Assembly (NCBI RefSeq): GCF_001194135.2
Contig: NC_069003.1
Coordinates: forward strand, 19,866,461 to 19,930,460
Length of the DNA stretch: 64,000 nucleotides
Direction: 5' to 3'
Origin: Octopus bimaculoides
Taxonomy: Eukaryota
Shown: positions 39,250 to 52,680 of the stretch, one piece after another
How positions within the stretch are numbered: position 1 is the stretch's first letter
Layout: each line of letters begins with the position of its first letter
The notes under the pieces: generated by a model
What the model saw: the letters and a program-made list of their open reading frames with translations, nothing else
Databases searched by the model: none
What the model was told of the DNA's origin: nothing
Program-made: the position numbers and the translations under genes

Positions 39250-39655
39250 TTTAAACATTCACCTTTCCATGCTTGCATGTAGCAGATGGAATTCACTGAG
39301 GCAGATTTTCTACATCCATGTGCCTTTCCTATTCCAAGCAAGGTAATATTTTCCAGTGGCTGAATATGTTTTCACAAAATACTGGAAAGGAATGACACTA
39401 CTGATATGATGCTGACACTTGTTTGCAACTATTGTGTAATATCAGAACAAACACACACACACACAGCTGGACACACACACACACACATGTATTTATATTA
39501 TATGACAAGCTTACTTCATTTTATCAAATCCACTCACAAGGCTTTGATCATCTTGGGGCTACAGTTAAAGATACTTATCCAAGATGCCACACAGAAGGAC
39601 TGAACCTGAGACCATGTGGTTAGGAAGCAAACATTTTTCCCAATCAGCCATGCTT
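39250..39655 (-). mobile_element. SINE family A2
   Basis: ctttccatgcttgcatg..gaggcagattttcta..caagcaaggtaatattt tail plus aaatccactcacaaggctttg..ccaagatgccac..accatgtggttaggaagcaa head. Confidence 0.8.
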
Positions 39656-41403
39656 GTGTCTCTAATACAACATATTAATTAATCCCTGTCAATCACCCAA
39701 ATTTGTTCAAACCTGAGATATTATTTGAATAAACATTTCATAGCTTAGTTTTAATTTTGTCAGTGGTACTATTTATATTATATATAGTCACAGGCATTGC
39801 TGTGTGATTGAGAAGTTTGTTTCGGGGGTTCAATTCCATTATGCAACACCTTGAGCAAGAGTAAGCCTTGAGTTGTCACATGTACTGTTAGTGAAATTTG
39901 ATACGAGGGTACTATGCGTTAATTCTGTTGTATATATATATATATATATATATATACATACATGTATGTGTGCATATATATACCCATGTGTGTATATATG
40001 CCCATGTGTGTATATATGCCAATGTGTGTATATATGCACATGTGTATACAGATAAGTTCACATTTATGTTTACTCCAGTCTAAAATTGGTATTATCTCTG
40101 TCGTGTCCTTTTATGTCCAGTATGAAAGAGAGAACAGTAAAGTAAAATACTAGCCTGATATAAGTATAAAGAGTGGTGGTGGTGGTGGAAATCAATATTT
40201 TTCACTAAAGCCTCAAAGGCGGAGCCCCAGAATGGCCAAAGTCCAAAGACTGAAACCAGTAAACAAAATTCAAACAACATATACTTCTTTCAAGTATTCT
40301 TTAGATTCTGAGCAGAGATGTGAAAATCACCAGCAGGTTATTAGAAAATGACAAATTTGGACTGCTGTGACATTTTGAAACACCTAATTGTCATAGCGAA
40401 TTATAAATATGTAACAGAACAGGTGATTTGTGGGTGGATATAGTTATGGACATGGTGGTGATGCTGTTGATTTTGAACCGGTATAATACAATGATGCATA
40501 CAGGTGTTACAAGTAATGAGACAGATTCATGGCAGGGGATACATACAGAAATATGTGTGTATATATGTGTATATACATAAACACACACACACATATATAT
40601 ATATATGCCTGTTAACATAATTCAAATTAGAAAGATGACATGTTTATAAAGAAGAAGTAAATTAATGAAAGGAAAAAAGTAATGAGTGGGTGGGTATGTT
40701 GTTTAAAATAATAATTTAAAATATACATAATTACAAAAACTGAAAACAAACAAACCAATTTTTTACAATTCTATTTACTCTTTTTTGTTTTTTATCGTTT
40801 TTAATTGAAAGTAATTCAAGAAATTTAGTCAAACGATATTTCTTTCTTTAAGATCTCTGAATAGGATGGACAGGGGTATGTGTGTCTGTGTTTGTGCATT
40901 CATGTATATGTTATTTTGTATGTGTGTGTGTTTTTTTTATAACAGCTTTACCAAAATAAGGAAATGTAAGGTGATACAAGAAAATATAAAATATTTCATA
41001 CAAGCCAAAATAACTTGCTTCCAATAAATTAATTATCAATGTTAATTGATTTTTCTGTAGAATAAAGCCACCGAAATATAGTATGTGTGTATATATATAT
41101 ATATATATCCCCGTACAAACACATCACATATACACATGCACTGTTGCGATCTTGACACATCTGCACGAGACGGAAAAACGATCTGTTCGATCTAAGATAT
41201 AAATAAATAAGTAAAATGAGAAATAATATCGCACAGTTCTGCTAATGTTCAAAACTCAATATTTGATAAATGAGGTTTTTTGCAATAAATTATAATAAGC
41301 AAATACATTTTACCTGTGGTAAAACTAATGAAGCTATGTTGAAGTAATCAATTCTTATTTATTTCTTTCCTTCTTTTCTTTTTTTTTCTGCTTTTCGTTT
41401 TAG

Positions 41404-41409
41404 CGAAGG
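41404..41409 (+). other. Candidate 6-nt microexon CGAAGG
   Basis: A ~50-nt polypyrimidine tract with TGC at 41389-41391, then TAG|CGAAGG|GTGAGG. No transcript evidence. Confidence 0.25.
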
Positions 41410-42171
41410 GTGAGGTCAGAATTAGGAAATTATATGTAAAAGATAATTTATCCTATGTCTCAGATATATTGTCATTAATTATACATACATGCATAAGACC
41501 ACTAAAAGTAATAAGATATTGAAGATGTGTTTTGTCCAGGATTAAGTTACAGCTTTATCATTTATATATGAATCAAAATTGACACATTTTCCATTTGAAA
41601 TTTATGATGGTAAAATGAAAGAAAAATATTGAATAATTGATTATTTGTACGATACAGAATTAAATCGTCTAGCACAAATATATATATATATATATAGATG
41701 TTATATATCTATATCTCTGTCATTATGTAGATGCATGAGTAAAATATACACCTAAGTACGAGGACAGATGCAAATGTATAATGTATATAAGCTGCATTTT
41801 TTTCTGTAGGAATATGCAGGCATGTGTATATAGAAAACCATGCACGTGTGTGTGTGTGTGTGTTTACGCATGCTTGCATGCTTGCATATGTAACTGCATA
41901 CATAAATGTTTATACATATATATATATATATGTATGCATACACACACACATACACATTCACACAAACACACACACATTCACACAAACACACACACAAATG
42001 TTCAAATACAAACATTTAGAGATATCTACATGTTTATATTTATATGTATGTAGATGCATACAGAAATACACACCTGAGCATGTATACAGATGCAATTATA
42101 TAAAAGCTGATTTTTTTCTAAGAATATGCATGTATGAACATGTGTAATGTGAAATAGTGTGTATATGCCTG

Positions 42172-42208
<37 letters not shown>

Positions 42209-42594
42209 NNNNNNNNNNNNNNNNNNNNNNNNNNNNNNNNNNNNNNNNNNNNNNNNNNNNNNNNNNNNNNNNNNNNNNNNNNNNNNNNNNNNNNNNNNNN
42301 NNNNNNNNNNNNNNNNNNNNNNNNNNNNNNNNNNNNNNNNNNNNNNNNNNNNNNNNNNNNNNNNNNNNNNNNNNNNNNNNNNNNNNNNNNNNNNNNNNNN
42401 NNNNNNNNNNNNNNNNNNNNNNNNNNNNNNNNNNNNNNNNNNNNNNNNNNNNNNNNNNNNNNNNNNNNNNNNNNNNNNNNNNNNNNNNNNNNNNNNNNNN
42501 NNNNNNNNNNNNNNNNNNNNNNNNNNNNNNNNNNNNNNNNNNNNNNNNNNNNNNNNNNNNNNNNNNNNNNNNNNNNNNNNNNNNNNNNNNNNNN
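42209..42594. other. Assembly gap (N run)
   Basis: N bases following (TA)n. Confidence 1.
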
Positions 42595-43475
42595 AGAGTA
42601 AAAAAAAGAAGGAAGATTTTCATACCATATGATGATGACAATAATAATAACAATGATGATGATTTGTTTAAAAAAGTAAATAAACTAACCCCTCCCCCAA
42701 GTAGTTCCAAATTTTATTCACTGCCACCCACCCAGAAGACAGAACTAAACTATTGTTCCAGCAACATCTCCGCAATTAATTTACAGACTAGATGCTTAAA
42801 GAAGTATAAAAAACAAAAAAAAAAGGGAAAAAAAGGAAAAGGAAAAAAAAATGAATGAAAAGAAGAAAGGAAAGCAACAGTGAAACTGAAACGTTATTTG
42901 AAAAGTGACAATATTAATGATGAACACTATTGCCATCACCATCACCACTATCCTCAGTGTGCTCCACTGTCCCCTTCATCTTCCATCCCCTTCATTTCAC
43001 CTGTATAATACTCATGGCATTCATCCTTCCAATAGTTTAGTCCCTAGCAAAACCAAGAAGAGGGATGAAGGGAGGAAGTGGAGTGGGGAGAGGAAGAAGG
43101 AGGGAAGGAAGAAGAGGAAGGGGAGAAGAAATTAAATAAATAAAATTACAAATAAGCAAATAGGCAGGCATGTCATTGCCCAAGTGCAAACAGGTAGTTT
43201 ATACTAAGTGAATAACAACAATTGATTGCACGTATGTGTGTGTGTATACATGCATGTACTTGTTTGTATATCTATGTTAAGTGTGTGCGTGCATGTATTT
43301 GTGTATGTGTTTGTATACATGTATGTACTTGTATATGTATGTAGGTGTGTGCATGTACATGTTTTATTTTGTATGTAATATATAACATACTTATAAAAGG
43401 TAATGCTATACTACATAATTATGTCTACACATACACACGTACATATATTACAAGCATGCATACATACATACAACC

Positions 43476-43517
<42 letters not shown>

Positions 43518-43708
43518 AACAAACGCACACTTAAATCAAGAAGAATAACAAGAAGTATGGGTATGAATTTTACTGAAGATAAATTGGAAGATAGACAGAT
43601 AGAAAGAGACTTGGAATGAGAGCTAGATAGAGAAAGAGAGACTTTGACAATTTCTCATTTTAATTATTTAATTAATATATATATAGATATATATATATAT
43701 ATATATAG

Positions 43709-43739
<31 letters not shown>

Positions 43740-43784
43740 TATGTAGATACACACACACACACATATGTATATATACATACATAT

Positions 43785-44312
43785 NNNNNNNNNNNNNNNN
43801 NNNNNNNNNNNNNNNNNNNNNNNNNNNNNNNNNNNNNNNNNNNNNNNNNNNNNNNNNNNNNNNNNNNNNNNNNNNNNNNNNNNNNNNNNNNNNNNNNNNN
43901 NNNNNNNNNNNNNNNNNNNNNNNNNNNNNNNNNNNNNNNNNNNNNNNNNNNNNNNNNNNNNNNNNNNNNNNNNNNNNNNNNNNNNNNNNNNNNNNNNNNN
44001 NNNNNNNNNNNNNNNNNNNNNNNNNNNNNNNNNNNNNNNNNNNNNNNNNNNNNNNNNNNNNNNNNNNNNNNNNNNNNNNNNNNNNNNNNNNNNNNNNNNN
44101 NNNNNNNNNNNNNNNNNNNNNNNNNNNNNNNNNNNNNNNNNNNNNNNNNNNNNNNNNNNNNNNNNNNNNNNNNNNNNNNNNNNNNNNNNNNNNNNNNNNN
44201 NNNNNNNNNNNNNNNNNNNNNNNNNNNNNNNNNNNNNNNNNNNNNNNNNNNNNNNNNNNNNNNNNNNNNNNNNNNNNNNNNNNNNNNNNNNNNNNNNNNN
44301 NNNNNNNNNNNN
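43785..44312. other. Assembly gap (N run)
   Basis: N bases between TA/CA-rich and (TATG)n repeats. Confidence 1.
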
Positions 44313-44380
44313 TATGTATGTATGTATGTATGTATGTATATGTCTGTGTGTATGGATATGTATATACTGTTATGTTTCCA

Positions 44381-45570
44381 AAAAACGTTGAATGAACTCA
44401 ACCACTGCTATATTCCATCTTCGCAGAATTGCGCCCTTAAATTTTTCCGTCTCCTTCATTTACGACGACAACGACAACAATATGTCATTACGCGACTGTC
44501 TTTTCCACTTGCTTCTTCACCCGGCTGCGACTTTCTCGCTCTTGTTCTTCCTCTTTTCTGTATTAGACTATAGTTTCTTCCCCATCCCACCTCCCCACCA
44601 TCACCAACATCACCATCACATCTCTCTCTCTCACTTTCTCTCTCCTTCACTACGTGTATTTTTGCTATGAGCAGATGAGAGAAGTAAAGCAGGAGTATTT
44701 GTGCAGTGCATGCAGTGTTTGTGTGGTGCCTGTGTTTGGATGATGCATCAATGTGCATATATGTATGTATGCATGTATGGAAGATAGATGGATGGATAGA
44801 CAGATAGATGGAGAGATAGAGAGAAAAGATGTATGCGTGTGTGAGAGAGGAATTATTTCATAGCATCCACCAGAATATGATCCACAGCAATAGAGAGAGA
44901 GAATGAAAGAGAGACAGAGACAGAGGGAAAAAAAAAAACTTACAAACAAAACAAAACAGACTAGAATAAGAGTAAAGGTGAGAGAGAGAGAGAGAGAGTG
45001 GTTAATAAATTGCCAATAATCTAATTTAAGAACAACAATAACAACATCACATTAGACATAACAACTAAATTAACAAAGGTGATTGAGAAAATCTTCAATG
45101 TTCATTCTAACATCTATAGATGAGGAAAGTGCAAAAAAAAAAAAAACCAATGAGATCGCATATATACGCACACTCTATCCTATACACATTGACATCACTG
45201 GAGGGGGCCCCTCCTTCTTCTGTGTGTGTGCATGCATTTGAGAAAAACAGAAATGGATAGAGAGATGATGAGAGATGATGATGATGATGGTGAAAAGAAG
45301 AGAGAAAAAGATGTGTAGGAATAAAAGACCAGCTCAAAGCCCCAGCTAGAGAGATGTTTAAATGTAGCAGCAGTAATGCTATCACCTGACAGAGCAGCGA
45401 AGAACACAACACAGAACGAAGAACAGTTGTTTCGTTCGCCACACTTTAGTAGTATTGGCAGCAATGACAGCTGTAGCAGCAGTCATCGTCACGGTAGAGA
45501 GGAGCGGGAGGGGTAGTGGCAGCAGCAGCAGTCATAGATACAGTGGTGGTAGTGGTGGCGGAAGAAGAAG
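44381..45570. promoter_or_regulatory. CpG-retaining, low-complexity region; candidate promoter or 5' exon zone
   Basis: 12 CpGs in 44381-44540 and 8 in 45390-45560, versus 2 in the first kb of the window (hand counts). Not a recognisable repeat. Confidence 0.4.
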
Positions 45571-46305
45571 AAGAACAAGGAAGAGGTGGAGGAAGAAGAA
45601 AAGGAAAAGGAGGAGGAGGAAGAAGAAGAAGAAGAAACAAAAATGAAAGAGAAAGACATGAGAAAAAGAAAAGGAGAAGAAAGAAAAATCTCTTGCAGAG
45701 TAATGCTTAGAGATTAGAAGTTACATTTTCAGTCTTCGATTTACTTTATATCAAGAAACACCTGCATATGAAATAATACTTGTAATTGTGATAGTTGTTG
45801 TTGCTGTAGTTGCTCAGATTCTTTTTTTTACTCTTTTCATTTCATTTGTTTTTCAGCATTCAATATATATATTTTTTTTTTATCTTAGCCTGGATGGGAT
45901 ATTCATTTTCGTGTATATGTGTTTGACTTTTCTTTTTTATATTTAATTCGCAAGATTTCCAGGTTTGTATCCTGTTGGAGTAATTATTTATTACACCTGG
46001 GTGGTTTTCCAACTGAAAACAACCACTTAATTAGTTGAAGCAATACTGGAATACAGCTATGCCACCAATCTTCTTCCCCCCTAATTTGCAGGAAACAAAG
46101 CTAAAACTTTCTTTTTTAATATTTAAAGTTTTATTTTTCATTTTAAAAGTAAACATTCATTCAGATATCAGTAAAGCTATAAAATTCACTAAAATTGTGT
46201 GTGTGTGGTTAAAGAATTTGGTTTTCAGGTTCAGTCCTACTACATGGCACCTTGAACCAAAGCCTTCCTGGTGGATTTAATAGTCAGAAACTGAAAGAAA
46301 CCTAT

Positions 46306-46355
<50 letters not shown>

Positions 46356-46399
46356 TGGATGGATGGATATAAAGACTGATAGATCTATATATACCTAAA

Positions 46400-46481
<82 letters not shown>

Positions 46482-47029
46482 TATATATATATATTTATAC
46501 ATATACACAACTATATAGATGTACATTGATGTGTACATGTGTGTGTACTTTTGTGTCCTTGTCTTGATATTGTGTGCTAGTTGTAAACAGGTGTCACTGT
46601 CATACAAATTTGGTGGTGTTTGTTAGCAATCTTCTATGAAAACATGTCCAGCCAATATGCTGTTCATGTCCAAAAGAGTAGGAGGAATATTAACCTTGCT
46701 TGGGAGCAAATGTGAGTTATAAACTGAAAGAGTATACTGGCTATAGAAAATCTGTCTCATTGAATTTCAGCTTACCCATGTAAGTTTGGAAAACAAGATG
46801 TCATGATGATAATGACAATGATGAAGAAGTTACACCAAAAGAAAATCAGTCAACGTTAAGATATTCTAGAATTAATCCATCAAACTATTCTGAGTTTCAT
46901 AATATTCACTTATGTTATCTCAAAACACAGAACCTTATGAAGGAGATGACAGAAGACTGATTGTTGTATCTGAGAAGACCCACCCATCACAACAGAACTG
47001 AGATCCTAAAACTAATGTGCCACATAAAG

Positions 47030-47292
47030 AGCATTGGTGTGAGTGCTGGAGCCATGTAAAAAGCATTGGTGCTGGTGCCATGTAAAAAGCACTGGTGCTG
47101 GTGCCATGTAAAAGGTACCCAGTACATTCTGTAAAGTGGATGGCATTAGGAAAGGCATCCAACCATAGAAACCAAGCCAAAACACACTATGGAACCTGGT
47201 GCGGCCCCAGGCCTAGCCAGTTCCTGTACAGCCATCCTATCTATGCCATCATGGAAAACAGACATTAAATGTTGATGATGATGATGATGATT
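47030..47292 (+). mobile_element. RTE-like 3' tail with internal short repeats
   Basis: Repeated gtgctgg(t/a)gccatgtaaaa, then cccagtacattctgtaaagtgg..ggcattaggaaaggcatcc..catggaaaacagacattaaatg(gat)n. Confidence 0.8.
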
Positions 47293-48076
47293 ATAATAGT
47301 CAGAATTTCAGAAGAGATTATCAGGTTTTTATATATAAATGTGCATATACACACGCTTGTGGATATGTTTCATAATTATTTTCGTTTTGAGTTCAAATTC
47401 CATCAAGGTTGACTTTCGCTTTCATCCTTTCAGGCTCAACAAAATAAGTACAAGTTGAGTACTAGGGTGAATGTCATCGACTGGCCCCTCCCACCCATAT
47501 TTCAGGCTTTGCACCTGTAACAAAAAAGATTATTTAAACATTCACTTATCCAGGCTTGCATGGGTTGGTGTCATGTGTGTGTGTGTGCATTTGTCGTCAC
47601 ATTGACAGTGTTTGGTGATGAAATTTAAAACAAAATGTCCAAAAGCTATTGCAAAATTATGGAATAAAATACCTTACATGAAAAACTAGCGAAAGGAAGG
47701 GATAAGGAAGGGATAAAATATTGCCTCAACAAGCTTTGTTCAGCCCATGCCAGCAAAGTTGATATCATGATATGTACATCACTATCTGTGGCTATGTTTG
47801 TTATGCAATAAAATTCAGTGTTATGTTGTGTAACGTTATGTCCCATAACTTAGTAGCCTGACAAAATAGAAACCAGTAACATAAGTACAAAACTAAAATT
47901 TGTACTGGGGTTGATACAATCGGGTAAAACCGTCTCAGCATGGCCACAACCAAATAACTGAAATCATTAAAACAATAATATATACATATATACATAAGCA
48001 TACACATTATATATACATATGTATGTGTGTATATAGCACAAACATGCATATTTTATAAGATATATATATATATATA

Positions 48077-48427
48077 GGCACAGGCATAGCTGTGTGGTAA
48101 GTTTGCTTCCCAACTACATAGTTCTAGGTTCAGTCTCACTATATGGCACCTTGGGCAAGTGTCTTCTACTATAGCTTTGAGCTGACCAAAGCCTTGTGAG
48201 TGGATTTGGTAGACAGAACCTGAAAGTATCCTGCAGTGTGTGTGTGTGTGTGTTTGTTCTCCACCACCACTTGACAACTGGTGCTGATGTGTTTATAACT
48301 TAGCAGTTCAGCAAAATATGCCAATAGAATAAATGCCAGGCTTTACAAAAAAGTAAAGTGCGACTACAATTCATGGCAGGGCCCCAGCATGGCCACAGTC
48401 TAATGATTAAAACAAGTAAAAAAGATA
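48077..48427 (+). mobile_element. SINE family A, full length
   Basis: ggcatagctgtgtggtaagtttgcttcccaac..gttcagtctcac..caccttgggcaagtgtcttctactatagc...ccagcatggccacagtc..aaacaagtaaaaaagata. Confidence 0.9.
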
Positions 48428-49093
48428 TACACACACGTACAAAAAGATATACACAGACACATATACAATTTTTTTAAAACTTTCAATTAACAAGACCAAG
48501 TAAATTAATAAAATTATGTAGATATAAAACTCTATAAATGTAATATTTAAACAATATTTTCCCAAAATGAGTTGTTGTACACACTAACTAGCAAGGTTAA
48601 ATACAACAAAAAACTTTCACAAGTCCTAATTGATTTGATTAATATTGTTTCTATTGTATGATAGTGCATCAATAATCTCTATGAGAGTGGGGTGAAGAAG
48701 TAGTAAATGAATGGGAGAAGGCAGAGAGAGGGAGGGAGAGGCATTCAAACTGAGGGAGATGCAGAGAGAAAGAGTATGAACAAGAGTAAGAGAGTGAAAA
48801 GCATAGAGTGAAAGACAATGACAAAGAGGGAATGACAGTGAAAGAGAGAGGCATGGAGTAATAGAGAAAAAAGTAAGATAGAGTGGTAGAGAGTAATGTG
48901 ACAGAGAGAAAAGCTAGGAGAAATAGTATGAGCAAGAGTATGAGAGTGAGAGGTACAGGGTGAGTGGCAGAGAGAGGGGGAACTGTGAGAGGGAGAATGA
49001 TAGGGAAATAAAGAAAGACAGAGAAAAACTAACTGGCTTTTTTGTCTCAATCTGCAGAAAAGAACAAGGTGCATTATGATCTTTAAAATCAAG

Positions 49094-49151
<58 letters not shown>

Positions 49152-49502
49152 CCAATATAGGTAGGATCAACAAAAAAGTACCCCATCCAGTGAGAGATAA
49201 ATATCATTTAATATACACAACTACAAAAGAGCAACTAATAATTTCATGCTTTTAAGACACATTAAATTGGCAAATTAATATAACATGTCATGTATCTCAA
49301 TTATATATTTTATCTATATATACATACATGCATTCATATACACACACACAAATAGATATGCACAGACACATATACATACACATACATTTTTTTTGTTTGT
49401 TTTTTGTATTAACTGCAAGTAAATTAATAATGAGGAGAAAAATTACATCTGTGGCCGCACCCATGCCAGCATGGAAGGCGGACGTTAAATGATGATGATG
49501 TT

Positions 49503-49735
49503 CATGTGGAGGCAATTTTAAAAGCAGTTATGCAAACCACTAGTCTTCTTTGTGACACATTAATAAAAGTAGGGTTACTAAGTTAGCTAACCATGTATGG
49601 CATTTGAAGACCAAATACACACCACATACAATCAAGTGGAGAATCGTGGAGAAATCTATGTCATATATAAATGAGTCAAAGAGATGCAAGTTATGCATAG
49701 CTGAAAAATCATATACAAAAATCCTTTTAAAGGTT
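49503..49735 (+). pseudogene. Penelope-like element GIY-YIG endonuclease C-terminal fragment
   Basis: FKSSYANH*SSL*HINKSRVTKLANHVWHLKTKYTPHTIKWRIVEKSMSYINESKRCKLCIAEK matches the FKxRYxNHxxSF...LSxxIWxLK...IKWxI...RCxLCxxEK pattern of Penelope elements. Confidence 0.75.
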
Positions 49736-50769
49736 ATGTCTACCAAGTCCACTCACAAGGCATTGATTCAACCTGGGGCTAAAGAAGACATCTCCAACCC
49801 ACTCAGCTCTCCTTCTCCCTTCATCACCCTTATTGCATCCACTCCAACCAGGCCCTGCACTAATCACTACACCAAGTCCTTCCTTCCCAGAACATCATTT
49901 CACTAGTATTTTCATCCTGTTCATGTCTTTCCTACATATATTGAGTTACACTGCTTCAAGAGAAACATTTATGGCATCAGCCTCACTAGCCTAGGAGAAC
50001 CTGCAAAGGCTAAGGGCACTGCACTTTCCTCTGCATCGGATCATTAAAAATAAAAATAGTAAATAAAAATAAATATATGAGGCTCTTCTGGGAAAGTTAC
50101 TTACATACTCTGTCCAAGGGGCATTTGCCTAATATTAGCTTAATGCCCAGAAACCTGAAATGACAAGTTTTCTAGGTCCTTGTCATTTGTAAAAAGAATT
50201 GCATTGTTTTGTTAAATAACAAAAATGCTAATAACTATAGCAGTAACTAAAAAGTAGATAAACTACTCTCTGGTGTAGGATACCAAATTGTCCAGATATT
50301 TTTTGTCTAGTTATGGATTAACTCAGAGCTGCCACTTGATAACAGTATAATCATTTTGCATATTATCTCTAAACCAATCAGTAAACTAGATTGGACAAGT
50401 CCACAAGCAAGATGAATATCCTATTTCACAACATAAAATCCTGTATAATGAACATAAGAGAATCACAAGAAAAATAAATAAATAAAATGATAATAATTAA
50501 AAGAAATTATCAGCCAGATTGGTGAGTCTTCTATTGATGATACTATCCAATATCAGCCTGTTCACATGTTCTCTGTTTGGTGTAGCTTTCTCTCTCTCTC
50601 TAGTTGCCCCATCCTGGATGTTCGGCTAAGTCAAGGATAGGAGGGCTGAGAGGGTATCTATGTATGTTCACAACTACATAGGGATCTACAACAAATGGTA
50701 AAAACGTGTTCACATGCTACGAAGTCATACTTGAATCCAAGTGACAGCCATAGCATATGTATGTGTGTC

Positions 50770-51120
50770 ATTATCTGTTTCAGTCGTTGAACCTCAACCA
50801 TACTGGAGCACTGTCTTGAAGTATTTAGTTTAAAAAATCAACCCCAGTATGTATTTTTTAAACTTTAGTAATTATTCTATTGGTCTCTTTTGCCAAACTG
50901 CTAAATTAGAAGGACATAAACAATCCAACACCAATTGTCAAGCAATGATGAAGGCCAAAGATAAACACACACAAAACTGGTTTCTTTCAGTTTTCATCTA
51001 CCAAATCCACTTACAAGGTTTTGGCCAACCCAAGGCTATCAGTAGATAACACTTGCCCAAGGTGCCATACAGTTGAACTGAACCCAAAACTACATGGTTG
51101 TGAAGCACACAGCCATGCCA
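50770..51120 (-). mobile_element. SINE family A
   Basis: tgtttcagtc..ccatactggagcactg..caaccccagta..tttgccaaactgctaa..ttcagttttcatctaccaaatccac..gcccaaggtgccatac..cacagccatgcc. Confidence 0.85.
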
Positions 51121-51236
51121 CCCCACCCCCATATATATATATTTCAAAAATTTAACAAAAACACACCAGAAAAGTTAACAAAAGCATAGCAAACAGAAAA
51201 TTTCTATGTATATATATATACACACACACACAGAGG

Positions 51237-51267
<31 letters not shown>

Positions 51268-52009
51268 GCACACACACACACACACACAGAGGCATACACA
51301 CACACACACACACACATATATAGGTGCCATTTTTTAGAACAATTGATAGTCTCTTATTTTTTGATAATGACATTTTTCTAAAATATGTAAAACAATTTAT
51401 TTCTCTATACACACACCAAAAGATATGCACAACAAAATAGCAGAGATAAGTGTTAGCAATTACATAAACACAAAACTAACAAAATAACAGAAAATTCTAA
51501 AATGCTACACCTCATTTACATGTGAAAGGGCCTCCTAAATAATCCTGTAGAGGCCTTAGTCAACTTAGGTATCACATCCACATCATGTGAAGCAGTGAAG
51601 CAGTAAAAATTATTAGAATAAAAATCCATACAATCAACAACTATAAGAACTGATAGAAAAATGTTCAGTCAACAGATTTCTGTGAAACATTAAAACGAAA
51701 AAAAAAGTATTTTCTAATTGTAAACTATAAGTGTTTCACAGATTGTCAAAGTTAATGAGATAACATTGAAAAATGAAAAAAAGTTTATCAATTTATAAAA
51801 TTTAAAATATCTCTATAATTTTTGCAATATAGTATTGTTTGACTTTTATTGTTCCGAGGTTAATAAATATGTTTTGGAATCAATGTAATCAACAAATACT
51901 TAGAAAGTGATGCTTCAGAATGGCTACAGTCCAATGACTGAAACAAGTCCAAAAAATAAGACTCAGTACAGATTCATTATAGATTCATAATGAGAAAAAT
52001 TGACAAGCT

Positions 52010-52680
52010 ATTATAGTCATGCTGGGGCATCAACTTAAATGGTTTTAGTCTCTTTCACCAAATTACGAAGTTATGTGGATGTAAACAAACCAACACTGGT
52101 TATCAAGCAGCAATGGGGAACAGACAGACAGACACACTCATATAGACACACACACACATATACATACACTTATTCGATGAGCTTCTTTCATTTTCATCTA
52201 CCAAAAATTAATCAATCACAGGGCTTTGATCAGCCTGGGGCTATAGTAGAAGACACTTGTCGAAGGTGCCACACACTGGAACTGAAGCTGAAACCATGTG
52301 GTTGGGAAGTAAACTTCTTACTACACAGCCCGGCCAATAACTATTTTATTCTATTTTATCAGTTTTACTCACTAGATTGCAATCATCTTGATACCACTGC
52401 TAATTTCAGCCCAGTACTTATTTCTCAATCTCTATTTGTCAAATAACTAAGTTATAGTTTCACATGAAGGGAAATAACTCAGTACACTCTTTTTATGCCA
52501 ATAAAAAGGCTCCAGCATGGTCGTGTAGTTAAGAAGTTTGCTTCCTAACCACATGGTTTCAGGTTCAGCCCCAATATGTGACACCTTGGACAAGTGTCTT
52601 CTACTATAATCTTGGACCAACCAATGCTTTGTGTGTGAATTTTGTAGGCAGAAGCTGTACAAAGCCTGTCGCAAGTGTGT
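52010..52680. mobile_element. Two family A SINEs, head to head (minus ~52010-52330, plus ~52515-52680)
   Basis: Minus head ends aaaccatgtggttgggaagtaaacttcttactacacagcc; plus head starts gcatggtcgtgtagttaagaagtttgcttcctaaccacatgg. Confidence 0.75.

Noticed and set aside
42096-44573. ORFs of 157-309 aa, and 33773-34192
   Set aside because: They are long only because they run through N-gaps.
45455-45646. Arg/Lys-rich 63-aa ORF superficially like a protamine precursor (GGGRRRRTRKRWRKKK...)
   Set aside because: The basic tail is simply a (GAA/GGA)n purine repeat. It lacks the Arg-Ser/Tyr pattern of cephalopod protamines, and the overlapping frames give equally low-complexity peptides.
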